From NCBI GenBank assembly GCA_013265495.1, contig MU059176.1, positions 3,283,720-3,347,719 of the forward strand: DNA of 64,000 bases. Reading direction: 5' to 3'. The notes under the pieces were generated by a model, which was not told the origin of the DNA, did no database searches, and was given only the letters and a program-made list of their open reading frames with translations. Shown here one piece after another: positions 1 to 13,752 of this stretch; within the stretch, counting starts at the first letter, position 1, and each line of letters starts with the position of its first letter. This DNA is from Vicugna vicugna. Lineage: Eukaryota. A program made the translations under genes and the position numbers.

Positions 1-735
1 ACCTTCCCTCTCCCACATCCCTCCCACCCTGCCAGAGCCAGCAGCTCTCACTCCCCTGTCTGGAGCCGTGTCCTCACTGGCCCTGGGTTCCACTCTCCTA
101 AAGGTGGCAGCCAGAGGGATCTCGTTACATGACATTGACTACGTCACACCCCTGCTTAAACCCTCGGATGGTTTCTCATCGTGCTGGGAATAAAACCACA
201 AGTCCCCTGGGGGCTCACAGAGCCCTGTGTCCCTTCTGTCACCATGCGCCCCTTCCTTCATGGGGCTGTAGCCCCACGGGCTGCATCTCGGTCCCTCTGT
301 GCTCCCTCTGCCTCAGTGCCTCTGCACACGCTGAACCCTCTGGCACGCTTCCCCTCATCTTGACCCAAACCGTCCTCCTTTAGGATCCCCCCATCTTCCC
401 CACACTCCGCCCTTCTCTGTTGTCACCCCCTCCCACTGGAATGAACTGGTTAAGGGATTCTCTGTGTAGCCGTCCTCCCTTCCAGACTGGGGTTCCCCAG
501 CAACTGCTGTTCACAGGCCTGTGCCCACAGGCTTGCTGAGGCCTGGCACCCAGGGGATACTTGCTGCCCCTCCCCCCATCCTCCTGCCTGGCCCTGGCTG
601 AGCCCCTCCCCCCACCAGTCCCTCCCAGGCCCGTCAGAGTCAAGGTCAGGGGCGGGGTGTGGGGTACAGTGCAGGTGGCCATGTGGCCGGCGCGTGCCTC
701 TGGGGGGAGGTGGCCCTGGCGGGCGAGCTGCAGAC

Positions 736-852
736 CTCCGCAGTGGGTCGTCCCATAGAGCGTGTAGCCACGGTGGCACAGGCACTGGAAGCTGCCCGGG
801 GAGTTGATGCAGACGTGGTCGCAGGTCCGCTCGAAGGAGCACTCGTCGATGT
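736..852 (-). CDS. SCUBE1: SCUBE1 exon 9, calcium-binding EGF-like domain 8 (117 nt)
   Basis: caccag|AC ATC GAC GAG...TGC GGA G|gtctgc; encodes (D)[38 protein letters not shown](D). Confidence 0.95.
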
Positions 853-1269
853 CTGGTGGCCACAGGGAGACAAAGTTTGGGAGAGGTTTCGGGGTGTGGT
901 GGATGGCATGGCCTGTCACTACCCAGTCACTCAAAAGACATCTGGGTGCAGACAGTCCCGGGCCGAAGGCTCAGTGCACAGCTGACCCACAGTAAATGCC
1001 AGACTTCCGGTCATTGCCTGACTTCCCATTTAGTCTCCATTAACCTCATGTTTCTGGGTTGGAAGCCACCTCACATCTTTTCTGGAGGTGGGCAGGGGAG
1101 AAATATTGTGAGAAGGGATGATTATGCCATTGTGACAGCTCACACTCTAGTGTGGTTAGGATGGGTATTTCATCCACACCTGCAGGAAACCGACGGGCTT
1201 GCCTGAGGATGCCGCCGAACTGAGATGTGAAAACAGACCTTGGATGCCGACCGAGTGTGTTTTCCCATC

Positions 1270-1500
1270 ACCCCAAGATGTCTCTTGAGAGAGTAAGGAA
1301 AACAGCACAGATAGAAAGGGGGTTAGGGGGCAATATGCTACCCACAAGGAATAACAAAGCAGCCTTGACAGTACATGAAATTTGATTCTGACCACCCTGG
1401 CAGCCAGGGTAAAAAGGGAAAGAGGGAAGGTCACAGAGCACTTGTCACTGGAAAGGAGGAAATGGACCACGTGTTCACAGGGGACAAGTCTGTCCTGGCC
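1270..1500 (+). mobile_element. Possible ancient L1-related (HAL1/L1M-type) fragment
   Basis: CATGAAATTTGATTCTGACCACCCTGGCAGCCAGGGTAAAAAGGGAAA resembles a recalled old-L1 consensus segment; lower GC than the flanks. Confidence 0.35.
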
Positions 1501-3314
1501 ATAAGTTCTGAGGACAATGGCTCCTGTGGGATAGTTGATGGGGGTCCTGAGGGCAAAGCAGACATTGACCTGCCTCCCCATGGGCACTGCAGTTGGAGTT
1601 CATTCTTTGAATACTTTTGTTCACGTGACTGCAGATGTACTCGTGACATATGCGTGTTTGTAGTAACATAGCACAAGGAAGGAATCACACTGCATGTGCT
1701 CAAAGGAGGATGTGATTCCTCTGTTGGGGGGGCTGGTCTGGAAAGATCTCATGGTGCTTGTGGCACCTGGGCTAGACCCTGAAGGATAGGGCCAGACTGG
1801 AGTGAAGGAAGGAGAGTCGGGGAGGGGCACTCTAGGCAAAGGCTGGGAGGTGGCAGCACCGGCTCCTCGGGGATCGTGTGGAGCTCAGGGGGGCGGGGGA
1901 GGTGTCTGGGGTCCGCATCCCAAGGGCCTTGAGTGCCAAGCAGGGAAGCTTAGACCCCTCCCTGTTGGAACTGGAGATCCAGGGGCTGTGCTGAAGCCGG
2001 GGTTGGGGGGCATGGCCAGAGCCCCAGGCCTCAGAGAGATGAGTCTGGAGAGGGTGGAGAAATCAGTCAGAGCCCAGAGCAGTCCTGCCATTGCCCCTTC
2101 CTCGGCAGCTGCCCGCCTCTCTCAAGGCAGCAGGGAATGCAAAGTCCAGGGCCTCCCTCACTGCCCACAGAATGCGGTATGGCAGACAGAGAAACAAAGT
2201 CCAAGTGCAGAGGAGCCCCGATCGGGGCCTGCACAGATGCTACACTCCCAGGAGGCCCGAGAGGAAGACCGGGCCAGGTGCCCGACCAGGAATGAAGAGG
2301 CTGAGCCCAGGGAGGGGGACCGCCTGGCTTGGGTCACGTGATGAGCCCCAGGACAGTCTGGCCCTGGACCCTGCCTTGCCAGCCTCTGCTCTCATCATTT
2401 TTGGAGCCCTTGGGGGAGCACATCCCTGGCCCCTCAGGGCCTTGTGCTGCCCCAGGCCAGCCTCTGAGTGGCACTAAGAGGCAGAAGCTGCAAGGCCCAT
2501 GGCCAGATGCAGCCACGTGGAGATGAAACGACTGGATGACAACAGGGTAGCCATAATGGAACAGAGCCACTCCCTCACCGCCCAGGTCATCCTGGTCCCT
2601 CCTTCTGCACATTTCCCCAAAGCTGTCTCCTTCTCAGGGGCCTCATTCAGCCCCAAAGGGCTCCTTGTGGTCCCTCAAGCCCCTTCAGCCCAACAGTGCC
2701 GCTCCCTGGATGGGTCCCTTCCTTGGCTCCTCCTGGAAGATGCCTATTCATCCTTCAAGCATTTCACCAATGTCCCTTCCTCTAGAGAGCCTTTCCTGAC
2801 CACCCTCTCTGCTGCCCATCCTCTGGACTCTCCCTGCTGAACTTGTCCTGGGCTGTAATTCTCAGCTTCTGCCCAAATTTCTCCTCCCATTACCCCTGCT
2901 CCTGGCAGGTGCCCAGAGACCCTGAGGAAGGACTGCTGGCAAGCACCCGCCATGTGCACACCTTCCACCAGGTGGCAGCATCCTGCCTCCGAAGCCACCA
3001 GGGGAGCCAGGCGGGACTCCCTGTGCCACCTGGGACTCGGTGATCCCTCCCTGGGCCTCAGGTTCCCATTCATAGTGGGGACAGGGTGGACTGGGTGGCT
3101 TCTGGGGGCCTCTAGAGTCGCAAAGGACAGGGAAGACAGGGAGGGCAAGAGCACATGCTAGCGACAGAAAAACTACAGCCACCCCCTCAGGCCCAGCCCA
3201 GCAGGTGGGCGGCCCCAACCCCGGGCTCACCTCCTCCCCTAGCGGGCTGTATGAGCCCCCGAGGGGGGAGGACCCCACGAGGACCAGGGCTGCCCGGGCC
3301 GGCTGGCAGCTCAC

Positions 3315-3437
3315 CTTGGCACGTCCGCTCATCCGTCAGCAGCTTGTAGCCCTTCCGGCAGCTGCACTCGAAGCTGCCCACGGTGTTGCGGCAGAAGTGG
3401 TCGCAGCCCCCGTTGTTGACCAGGCACTCATTGATGT
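3315..3437 (-). CDS. SCUBE1: SCUBE1 exon 8, calcium-binding EGF-like domain 7 (123 nt)
   Basis: cacag|AC ATC AAT GAG...TGC CAA G|gtgagc; encodes (D)[40 protein letters not shown](D). Confidence 0.97.
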
Positions 3438-5744
3438 CTGTGGGGGCCAAGCGGGCGGGGGAGAGGAGGACGGTGGGCTCGGCGGTGGGGGCGAGGGTGG
3501 GGGCACTGCAGGACCCCCGGCCGGGACTCCCCCGCCCTGACTCGCCTGCCGCCCAGGGCCCAGGGCTGCGGCGGGTGCCCCAGCTGAGCGCAGGGGTGGG
3601 CTGGGCCCCCAGCCGGGGGGGTGCGGAGGACGGGCCACGCCGCGCCCAGCATTTGTGTATAGAAGGTTGGGGAGCTGATGTCTACTGTACCCCACAAGAC
3701 AACAGGGTCGATGACACCCCGAGCCCTTCCGTTCCGGGAGGCAGGCCAGGGGGCAGTGAGGCCTGGGAAGGCAGGCTGCTTCCCCGCAGGGCAGCGGTGA
3801 CTCTGGGCAAGCTCCCGGGCCCTGCAGCCCGGGCCCCTGTCGTAACAGCAGGCTCAGAAGCGCCCCTGCTTGAAGAACAGCGGCAGGAGCCAATGAAATA
3901 ACACCCCCACACACTGGCACTTTCTCAGCGCCCAACCGCCCTTTCTGAGAGGCAGGTCGGCTGCTCCTGTTCCACTGACAGGGAGACCGAGCCGTGGAAG
4001 GTGACGGCTGGCTGAGGCGCTGTGCCCGGAGGCGGGTGTCCCCGGGCTGCCCGACCTCCCGGCCTGGTTCTTCCTGCTCCCCTCCCAGGGCCTGCCCGAG
4101 GGTCTGAGCTGTCTCCTCACTCAGCATTTCACGGGTTGGGTATGTGCCCTGAAGGTCACCAGAGCGTCCCTGCCAGTCGGCCTCTGCTTGCACACCTGGA
4201 GTGACAGGAGCCTCCTCCCTCACAGCCGGGCCTGCTGGCTGATGCCTCAAAAACTTCCCCTGACCCAGGTGAACTCCCTCCCTCCCCCTGGCCCTGCTCA
4301 TCTGGGTTCTGCTCCCCAGGCTGCTGGTCAACCTGGCGGACTGAGTTGTCAGAGACCTTGTCCCTGAGGTGCCTCTTCTTCCTCCAGAGTTCCTCTTGGA
4401 CCCCGATCCCTGGGACTCCAGTGCTGGTCACACTCCACGCCCCCAGCCCCGACCCAGCAGTTGGAGACAGAAGTAGATGACTTTCAGGGTGGTGTCACCC
4501 TGATTTGGAGGGGGCAAAAAGAAGCGGTGGAAGAGGCAAGGGCTTCTGCTGTGTTGGCCACTGGCCGCACCGTAGCAGAGCTGCTGACTCAGACCCCAGC
4601 ACCCACTGAGCCTGGCCTGAGCGTGAAGCTGGACGCCCCTCGTGAGCAAGGTCAGCCTGTCCCCATTTCACCGCCCCACGGAGGGGACCAGGTCCTGTTC
4701 CAATGGCTCCCGTCTCGGGCCCAGCCTCTCCCCGCGCTGCTCTCTTGACTTGAACCTGCTGAAAAATCCTAAGGTGGCATTCCCACAGAATGCTCCCCAA
4801 CACAAAACAAAACTCACAAAACATGGGGACATTGGGGGGCTTTAAAGAGAGCAAGGCTGAGGCCTGCAGTGGGGCCAACCTCGGGGCCTTTGGGAGGGGA
4901 ATAGGCACAGGGAGTCGGGCGGGGGCAGGCCCCAGAGCTGCTTTCCTGCAGAGGCCTGGGCAGGACTGGGCTCTGGGGAACACAGGACCCCCAGTGGGTG
5001 GGCCTGTCATCACCTTGCCCTTGGCTGGCCTCCCAGAGGCACCTTCGCCCCAAAGACCCATTCTGTTTGCATATTCTGATGATATTGGCACCAGGAAGAT
5101 GGGAAGGGAGGGGAACCTGAGGTGGCCCCATGAAGAAAGGCAGCCGGGGTGTGTGTGGTTCACCAGACCTGGCTCTGAGTCTGGCTCTGCTGCTCATCGG
5201 CTGGGGGTCTTGACCTCTCTGAACACAGTCAGTGCTCTGTGTGTACACACTGAAGTGACTGCTAAAGACAGGCTTCTCAGCACTTCAAACTCTGCACAGG
5301 CTCCAAAGCCCGTACTTCAGAAGCAGAGCTGCCTAAGGAGGAGCCCACGTGCCAGAGTAAGTATTAGGACCCCTAGTGGTCACTGCCCCTACAGGACACC
5401 ACCTCCTGCTGGCAGCCAGGCCAAGCACTTTCTGGCAAAGTCTCATGTGATAGTCCAGACAAGTAGGGGGTCAGATCTCCCCCTTTACAGAGGAGGTCAC
5501 AGCTCCGAGGAGGAGCCAGATTTGAGCCCAGCTCCAGCTGCCTCTGAAGAGGGGCCTTCTCCAGGACAGCACGCCCGCCCTGCAGCCTCCAGAGGAAGCA
5601 GATGACAAGCCCAGTGAGGGCTTGTCCAGGGCAGAGGCTTGGGCACGTCCATCACCCCCTCCCCTGGGGACTACGGGAAGATGGGTGAGGTTCAAGCTAA
5701 AAGCCCCTGGCTGGAAGGAGAACAGAGGCCCTTCGCCACTCTGC

Positions 5745-5870
5745 CCCAGCCCGCTCTGTGATCCTGGGCAAGGAAAGGCACCTCTCTGTGCCTCAGGTTC
5801 CCCATCTGCAAACTGGGCTGCTAATAGGCACCTCTCCAGCATCATTCGTTAAGATTAAATGTGCAGATGG
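5745..5870 (+). mobile_element. MIR SINE core
   Basis: CTGTGATCCTGGGCAAG...CTCTCTGTGCCTCAGGTTCCCCATCTGCAAACTGGG. Confidence 0.7.
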
Positions 5871-8578
5871 GGCTTGCCCCCTCAGGAGTGCCTCAGGCCT
5901 TCTGGAACCCCCTAATCCCATCCCCTTCCCCATCTGGGCAGCTCAGGGGCTGTCATAGCAACCAGACAGGCGGTGGGAGGCATGTTTGCTTGAGGACCAG
6001 GCTGATGTAGCCGGCTGCCTGGGGGTCAGAGTGGGGCAAGCACCCCCTCCCCAGCTCTAGTAAGAGTGTGACGGGCTTGCACAGGGCCTCAGGTTTGTTG
6101 GGACCCCCAGTTGGCCTGCCCCGCTGAGCCCCACACCTGCCCTGCACCTCTCCAGACAGGCCCCAGGGGACCTGGGCTGTGAGCCCAAGGCTCTAAGACG
6201 CCAAACCCTGGGTCTGGAGGTCGTTTGGTTTCCAGGGTCCCCTGATTTGAAGATGTAAAGATGTTTGTATTATGTAGTTCTAGACTAGTCCCACGATCCT
6301 TAAGTTCTAATGTCTGTGACAATATCCAGACTGCACTTCTCTGCCACTGCCGCCCTGTGGCCCCAGCCACTCTCGCCTCGAGCCGGACCCTGCGAGAAGC
6401 CCCCATCCAAACAGTGAGGGGGACTGACTCAAAATGAAAACCTGGCCTGTGCCGCCCCTGCCCAGTGGCATCTGGGGCCTCACCGAGGCTTGTGGGATGA
6501 AGGGCCAACCCCTGCCCCGGCCCACCCTCCCCGAATCGCCCCCAGATCTAGGCACACTGGCTGCTTTGGGACCTGAAACCCCAGGCCTCTGCACAGCCGT
6601 CGTGTGCTGCTGGAAATGCTGCCTGGATTGGAGCCTCTTGCTCTGTCCTTCCAGACCTCCCCACCCCCGCCCAGGCCTGGCCTCGCTCTCCGGCACCAGC
6701 CAGCACCAAGTGCTCTGCTGTACACGCTTATCTTGGTGATTCTGAAAAATTAAAATGTGTCTTCTTTACTCAGTAGAAGATCCCCGGGGACAAGGAATTT
6801 CTGTTTCAGTCGTTTCTGTGCCCCTAGCACCTGTACATGGGAGAAGCCCAGAAAACCCATGTGGTACATGAGTGACCAAGAGGACTTCCTGACTCCAGGA
6901 CAGTGGGAGTGAGGATGTTTGGCTAAAGGCAAAGGGGCAGCTCTGATTAAAGGGCCCAGTTGTTCCAAGAGGAGCCACATGGTGGAAAGATGGTGGGGGC
7001 TCAGACTGGTGGGCCTGGGCTGTGTGGACAGCTCCCTTCAACACCTCCCCCTACCCCAGACTCGCAGTGGGGTGAGGATGGAAGCCCCTCAGGCCACCAA
7101 TGCATGGGCGGGGGGCAGTAGCCACAGCACCCTTAGGTGCTCCTCTTGGGCCATGTGATGGCCAAGGTCCCTTTCTGGTCCAGACAGGTCGGCTCCCAGT
7201 GCTGAGCTCCTGGTCTCACGTCAGAAATGAAGCCATGCCCTGCCCTCCTTGTCCTGGGTCAGCGCTGTGCCCTGGGCAGAGGGCAGACTGGCCCGATTCT
7301 ACCCTCTTCTGTCCTGGTTGCAAGGGCAACTGGCTGGGTCTGCTGTGACATTGCTGGGCTGGGAGGACGGCTGGGTCTGCGGTGCACGCCTGGCCAGTCC
7401 TCCTGGCATGAAGCCCATGGGGCAAGGCCGCAGATAGCCCCTGCCCGCCCACTCGCCCACCAGGACACATCTCGCTCTAAGTGGGCCAAGCCAGGGTTAC
7501 AGAAGGGCTTTATTTTCAAATAAATAGGCAGAAAAGCTGTTATTTCTGTCAATAATCACTAGGTTCTTCCCAGCAAAGTGTCTGGGAAGGAGAAGTCACA
7601 CGTTGTCTATTTTTGCAGGCTTAAAAAAGCCCATCTCAGACTATTTAAAATCTCTCTAAGCCTCCGCTGTCAATATTTTCACCCACTCGGCTCTGGGAGT
7701 TCAAGCACCCCTCCCCTTCCATGCTGGCTGCAAGCCCTGCCCACTTCCTGGCGGGATGGTAGGAAGAGGGCGGCCAGCCTTAGCAGGAATTCCTGGGCTG
7801 GCCTGGGGCCACAGGCAGTGGTGCGGAGGGGTGCACCTCACCCTTCTCAGGGGCTGAGTCCCTGCCCGAGGCCCGCAGCTCAAGGGGTCTGTAACACCCC
7901 AGGTCTTTGTCTGGGCTGGTCCCCCATGCTGCAGGGCTGGCCCCTTCAGTCCTAGGGCTCAGCCAACTCTGGCTTCCCAGCCCCCTTGCTTCCTGTTTCC
8001 TGAGGGATCCCCGACACTGCTGAGCACCCCGGAGGCCCTCAGGAAATGTGGGGTGAGGAGGGACAGCGGGCGGGCAGAGAAAGCTCGACCTTCTCTCACT
8101 TCCAGGCCAGCCCATTCCTGACCCTCCCAACCCCTATCTTCTAATTGCAAACTGAGGTCCTTTTGCACCCTTAGTCCTTCAGTTGAGATCCCCCAACAAC
8201 GTCCCTCCTCCAGGGACGAGCATACACAGTGTCCTCATTTTCCCAATGCTGACAAGAAGACAGTCCCGTCCTAGTTGGAGCCCTGTGCCATGCTGCCACC
8301 CAGCTGTGCCACACAGATTACAGCTAAGGTGAGCGCGGGGAAACAGCCCCGCCCCACCCCTGGGAGGCCACGGCCGGCCCAGGAAGCCCAAAGTAGAGAA
8401 ACACCTTGTTTGTTTAACCCGGGGTGCAGCCACATTCTTTGATATCAGAACCCCGCTTAAACCTACTGTTATTCAGTGGAAGCAGGGTTCCCCTGAGCAC
8501 TGTCGGGGAGCGCTGGTGCTGACTCTCCCTCTTCTCGGCTTCTCCAGCAGAAAAGCAGGTGACACCTGACCATCCTCA

Positions 8579-8975
<397 letters not shown>

Positions 8976-11900
8976 TTCCACTGTGCTGACGATGGATGGG
9001 AAAACTGCAGACCGCAGGGCACTGGGCCTGTGCAGATTATCGCCAATAGGGGCAATGCTGCTATGGGGGCCAGTGCTGAGATCAGCCTGGCTGGTGTTTA
9101 ACTGCTCAGGGACAGATTCTCAACTCTTGCCTTGCCTGACCTTAGACTTCAAACCCAGATGGGTGGTTACTGGGGCTCCCAAACTCATGTCAGCACGGAA
9201 CGGCTTGTGGCCCTGGCCGTGAGGGGCAAGGAGAGGTCCCCAGAGCTCACACACCATCCATCACCTTGATGAGACTCTCAGCCCAACATCTGTTCTCACT
9301 GAACGATAAGCCAGAGGCGTCTGTTTTTTGTCCACTTGAAGCTAGTCTAGCGCTTTTTTTCTTTTGCAAATTCAAAGGGGCCGGAGAGGCTGGGGCATAG
9401 CTGAGGCCACTGAGCCCATCGCATGGTGAGAGTGATCGTCCCCAGGCCCACAGAAGGGGCTGGCACGGCCGGGTCACCCGGGCGCGTGGAGGAGCCTAGT
9501 TCCCGGGCCTCTGAGCCTTTCAACCCGAGTCTCTTCCTGAGCATCTGGAGCTTTGATCTTGTGGGAGCTGTGCTGAGTGAGGTTCCCTCTCCTCTCTGCT
9601 GTGGGAAGTGAAGAGCCAAGGGCCCCCATGTCTTATAATCTGAAACCCCCATCCTGCCTACCGTGGCTTCTGCTGGGAGCCTGGCCCAGTGGCCTTTCCC
9701 CTGAAGTCTCCCCAAACTGGTTTTTTCTGCCTGTCTGTCCTGTGGTGTCTGCATTCCTGTAAGCTGCCTTCGGTTCTCTTTGGGAGGAGACTGGGGAAGA
9801 ACGCAGGAGTGATGACTAAATGAACACATATCCCTCGATGCCAGGAGTCCCTGCTGCTAACGCCTTTCCTTTGAACTGCAACTTGTGAGGGGAGGGCGGA
9901 GCTGGGAGAGGAGGAAGCCCGGCTTCCCCTCTGTGCGTGTGTGTGAGTGTGCACCTCTGTGACTCTGTGGGCGGCCACGGAGGGTGTTGTCCTGAGCGTC
10001 CTGAACACAGGCGCTGCCTGCTGCAGGGATCACTGGCCCTTCGTCTCAAGGCTGACATCTGCGCCACGCACGATCTGACAAGCTGTCACTACTTCCCAAA
10101 GGCGCGTCTCCCTGCCTCTGCCTCTCCCCAGCATTTCGGGGTGTCTCCACACACGCTAGCCCTCCAGCAGGGTGGGGGCAGCTCTGCTTCCCTGCCTAGG
10201 AGTGTGCTGCCCAGTAGCTTGGAGGCCTCCTGCCTGCTCATGGTTCAAGGCCCAGCTCAAAGACCACCTCCAGGAGGAGCCGCCCAAGTCCCAGATGCAG
10301 AAAGAAGGCCATCGCCCTCCCAGTGCCCACGCAGGCTGGCCTCGATGTTAGCACAGGCCGAGCTCTGACCGCACACACCCACTCAGGTCCTCTCACCTCC
10401 CTACCCGACCGTCTACCGGGACAGTGGAGGTGGGGAGGCCAGGGTGTGACTCTGGGTCTGCCACTCACTGAGTGACATAGGTAGGCCATCCCTCAGGGCA
10501 TGACCTCAGCACCCGCACCTGGCAGGTGAGGGCGGCAAGCCTTCCCTCCCAGGGCTGAGGTGGGGGGCCCACGCCTAACGGCGCCTGGCCGGGGGCCCAG
10601 CCCGGAGAAGGCGCTCAACAAATCTGTGTTTCCTCTCCTGATGTTACACCCAGAGAGTGAAATCCCTGCCCTCAAGTCTGGAGCCAGGGTACCCCGCGTG
10701 CCTGCTCAGCCTTCCCTGCAGGAGACCCCTCTCTGGAGAGGAGGGCAGAGAACCTGCCTGTTTTCCAGGTGCAGGTAATTAAGGCTCGGGGGACAGCGGC
10801 AGGTGCCGGGAGCCAGGCTGGGGCACAGCTGGGCGGCCTTACTTGGTGACGATGGGGTGACTGCTGGGCTGCTCCGTGGTGGTGGAGGTGGGATGTGGCA
10901 CGGCCACTGGAGGCTGTGCCCCTGAGAAACAGTCCTGGCCAAGCAGGCTTCAAGGGTCTTGCGGGCTCTCCCCTTCCTGTCTCTGAGGCCCCAGCGGGAC
11001 TCAGAACCTTGGGCCTCCAGAGCGGGGGGGTCTAGGAGACCTCCTGGCCCCACCTGCCCACTGGGCAGATGGAGGCCGAGAGGGGGGTAGAGTCAAGACT
11101 GGATGGTCACCCATTCTCTGTGCCCTCAGCGCAGGTCTCTCCCCTGTACTGTGCACACTTTCGGTCTCATGTGTTACCCCAGACAATGCTGGTATAAGGG
11201 GCCCTGGGTCCCCAGAAGGGCCCTTTAGGTTCTTCTTGGATGCTGATCACCCCATCCCACCAGCATCACCTGCCTAGGCCCAACCCAGCTTTCCAAGCCT
11301 CACGTTCCCCACCCCGACAGAGGCTCTGTGAGACGGCTCCTGCACCCTCCACCTCCCAGGCGAGGATCTGGCGCACAGCACTGGGAATCTGCCTAGAGCA
11401 GTGTGGCTGGAAGTGGCAGAAATGGTGGGACCTGCTGGGTCTAACTCCAACCCACCTGACAGCCTCCAAACTCTGTCTCTGGCCAGCCCCAGCCCTAGGC
11501 CCGTACAGCCAAGCATGCAATCGACTGTCCAGCTCCCTCCCACATGGCTCCTTTCCCAGTGCTCTCTGTCTCCACGAATGCTACCTCTATCTGCCCCAAG
11601 GACGCACCCCAGGAGGCGCCCTCCCCCAACCTTGCCTGGGTCTCCGGGCCTGGTCTTGCTGATTCCTTAACATTGGATTCTGGCCTGGTTCTTACTGCTG
11701 CTGTTCTGGGCCAGGACACTAGCGTGCTGCGATGTGACCTGCAGACTCCGCAGCGGTCCTTCTCCTCCAAACCACAGCCTCACTCTGGGTAGCCAGCACC
11801 TTCGGGCTCACGTAGTAATGCTGAGAGCGAACCCCGTGCCAGGTTCTATGCTGGGTGGTGAAGGGGCGAGCAGAACGAGCAACCAGCATTACCTTGTCCT

Positions 11901-12809
11901 CAAAGCCGCCCTCGCGGGGGCCCTGGGCAGACACCTGCACCTGCCCCCAGCGCACCCTGCACGGCACAAGTGGGCTCTTCCTGCCGTGTCCGCCTGGCTG
12001 TGTTGTTTGGAGGTCAGCAGACGTACAGTAACGCGTGACACATACAGGAAAGGGGACAGTGTAGCCAGTCCTTTGGGCTAATGTAGGGGTCGGAGACTGA
12101 AGTGTACAATACAGAGCAGGCTGAGAGCTTCGTCTCTGGGCATTTCCAAGCAGAAGCTACGGGGCGCTGCAGAAGGGGCTCCTTGCCTGGGATGGCGCTC
12201 AGCCTGGGCCACTCCCCCAGCCCTCTCTCTGAGTGCCTCAAAGAACAGCCTCGCCTCTCTGTTCCCCGAGACCGGAGGTCACTGGGGCCTGGTATTAGGG
12301 GATCCTCAGGGCGTCGGCAGTGGGGCAGCAGAGCTGGGGGCCTGAGGATGCAGATATGCGCCCACGGTACCTGGCCCCTCACCCGGCGAGTGGGGAGAAC
12401 TCTTACCCCACAAGGCTGGACAGGCAACGGGGGAAGGCTGTGCACGGGGTGGGGGGCCTAAAGCGGGACAGGGCCTGGGAGCGAAGCCTTTCAGCAGGCG
12501 GGAGAAGCCCAGATGTGTTAAAAGGCCAGTCTTCAGTCTTTCCCCGGGGGAGCCTTGCTTTGCGTCGTGCCCTGTGAGAGGCCCCGGACACAGAGGTGAG
12601 ACAGGTGCTGAACAGGGAAGGGCAGCCACTCAGCTGGGCTGGCGTGCCGCCTGGCCAGGGCTCGACAGAGGGACGGGCTTGGACGGCAGGGCTCCCCTTA
12701 AGTTGGTGCTGCCTGCTTGCACCGCCCTATATCTGGGATGAGGTCAGGCCTGGAGGGACAGTGTCAGTCAGCGCAGTGGCTGAAACGTGAGCCACAGAGG
12801 CAGAAACAG

Positions 12810-12960
12810 CTCCGGACGCCGCCCCGCTAGCTCGGGCAAGCCCCTTCACCCGTCAGAGCCTGAGTGTCCGGATGTGCGACGGGGAGATGGTAACATTCAC
12901 CCCCTAGTTCCTGCAAAGCCCATGCAAGATGCAGACGTGCCGGTGCCTCGCATACTGTCC
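12810..12960 (+). mobile_element. Highly GC-shifted MIR relic
   Basis: CTCGGGCAAGCCCCTTCACCCGTCAGAGCCTGAGTGTCCGGATGTGCGACGGGGAGATGGTAACA is colinear with the MIR core. Confidence 0.5.
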
Positions 12961-13733
12961 TAGCTGTGACCACGTGCTCACCCTTAGTGTCATTCCTTAG
13001 AACCGCTGCATGGGGAACCTAGTCCCCAAAGTCAGCTGCTGATTCACCTGACAGTTCTTTTCTGAGCCCCTGCTCTGTGCTGCCTTAGACGCCATCCCTG
13101 GTCTTGTGAGGTCTCAGCCCAGCAGGACAGCGGGTGCATTCACTCCTCTGTCCACCCAGCAGTTTGGGAATGACTCCCTTGGTGCTGGCTGGCCTTGAGA
13201 GAGCAGCACTAGAGATGAACCTGACACTGACCCAGGCCTCAGGGGTGAGTGGTTTATCGGGGGAGACAGACAGAAGAGGGCCCTGACCTTGCCTTTCTCA
13301 CGGAGCCTGGGCTCACCTGCCACCCCCAAGCCTGGGCTCCGTGGGACCTTCAGGGAGGCGCCCTTGGCCCAGCCTCCTGCCTTTTGCACGACTCAAGAGG
13401 CCCCTGCTGGCTCTGCCAGGGCCTGGGCTCCACCTGTGGGAGTCCCCTGGGACCACTCACTCTCCAGGCAGAGCTGCGTCAGGGTGACCTCAGTGCCTGG
13501 CGCCCTGTGCAGGACCAGCACAGTGAGGGGCTGGATTTCTGCTGAGTGAGCAGATGTGAGAACAGGACTCTGGAGGCCCGGGAAGAATGAGAGGAAGTGT
13601 GGTGACTGAGCCCCTGTCCCCCAGCTGGCCTGGTCGGGGACGGCGTCTGAGAAGAACCTGACGGTACAGGGGACCAGCAACAGCCTGAGACACGGGCACT
13701 GGGAGGCGCGGTGGAGGCAGAGGTGCGCCGCAC

Positions 13734-13752
13734 CAGCCGCGAGGGGGCAGCT
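13734..13752 (+). promoter_or_regulatory. Candidate CTCF site
   Basis: CAGCCGCGAGGGGGCAGCT closely matches the CTCF core (CCGCNAGGGGGCAG). Confidence 0.5.

Noticed and set aside
3336-4331. 331-aa minus-strand ORF
   Set aside because: Low-complexity Pro/Gly/Ala/Ser content with no domain; it overlaps exon 8 in a different frame and is expected by chance in GC-rich DNA.
4790-5605. 271-aa plus-strand ORF
   Set aside because: No recognisable homology or splice context; antisense within an intron.
7567-7588. Paired RBPJ (SPS) site
   Set aside because: Orientation and 8-nt spacing do not fit the head-to-head 15-17-nt SPS, and the cores are CTGGGAA rather than GTGGGAA.
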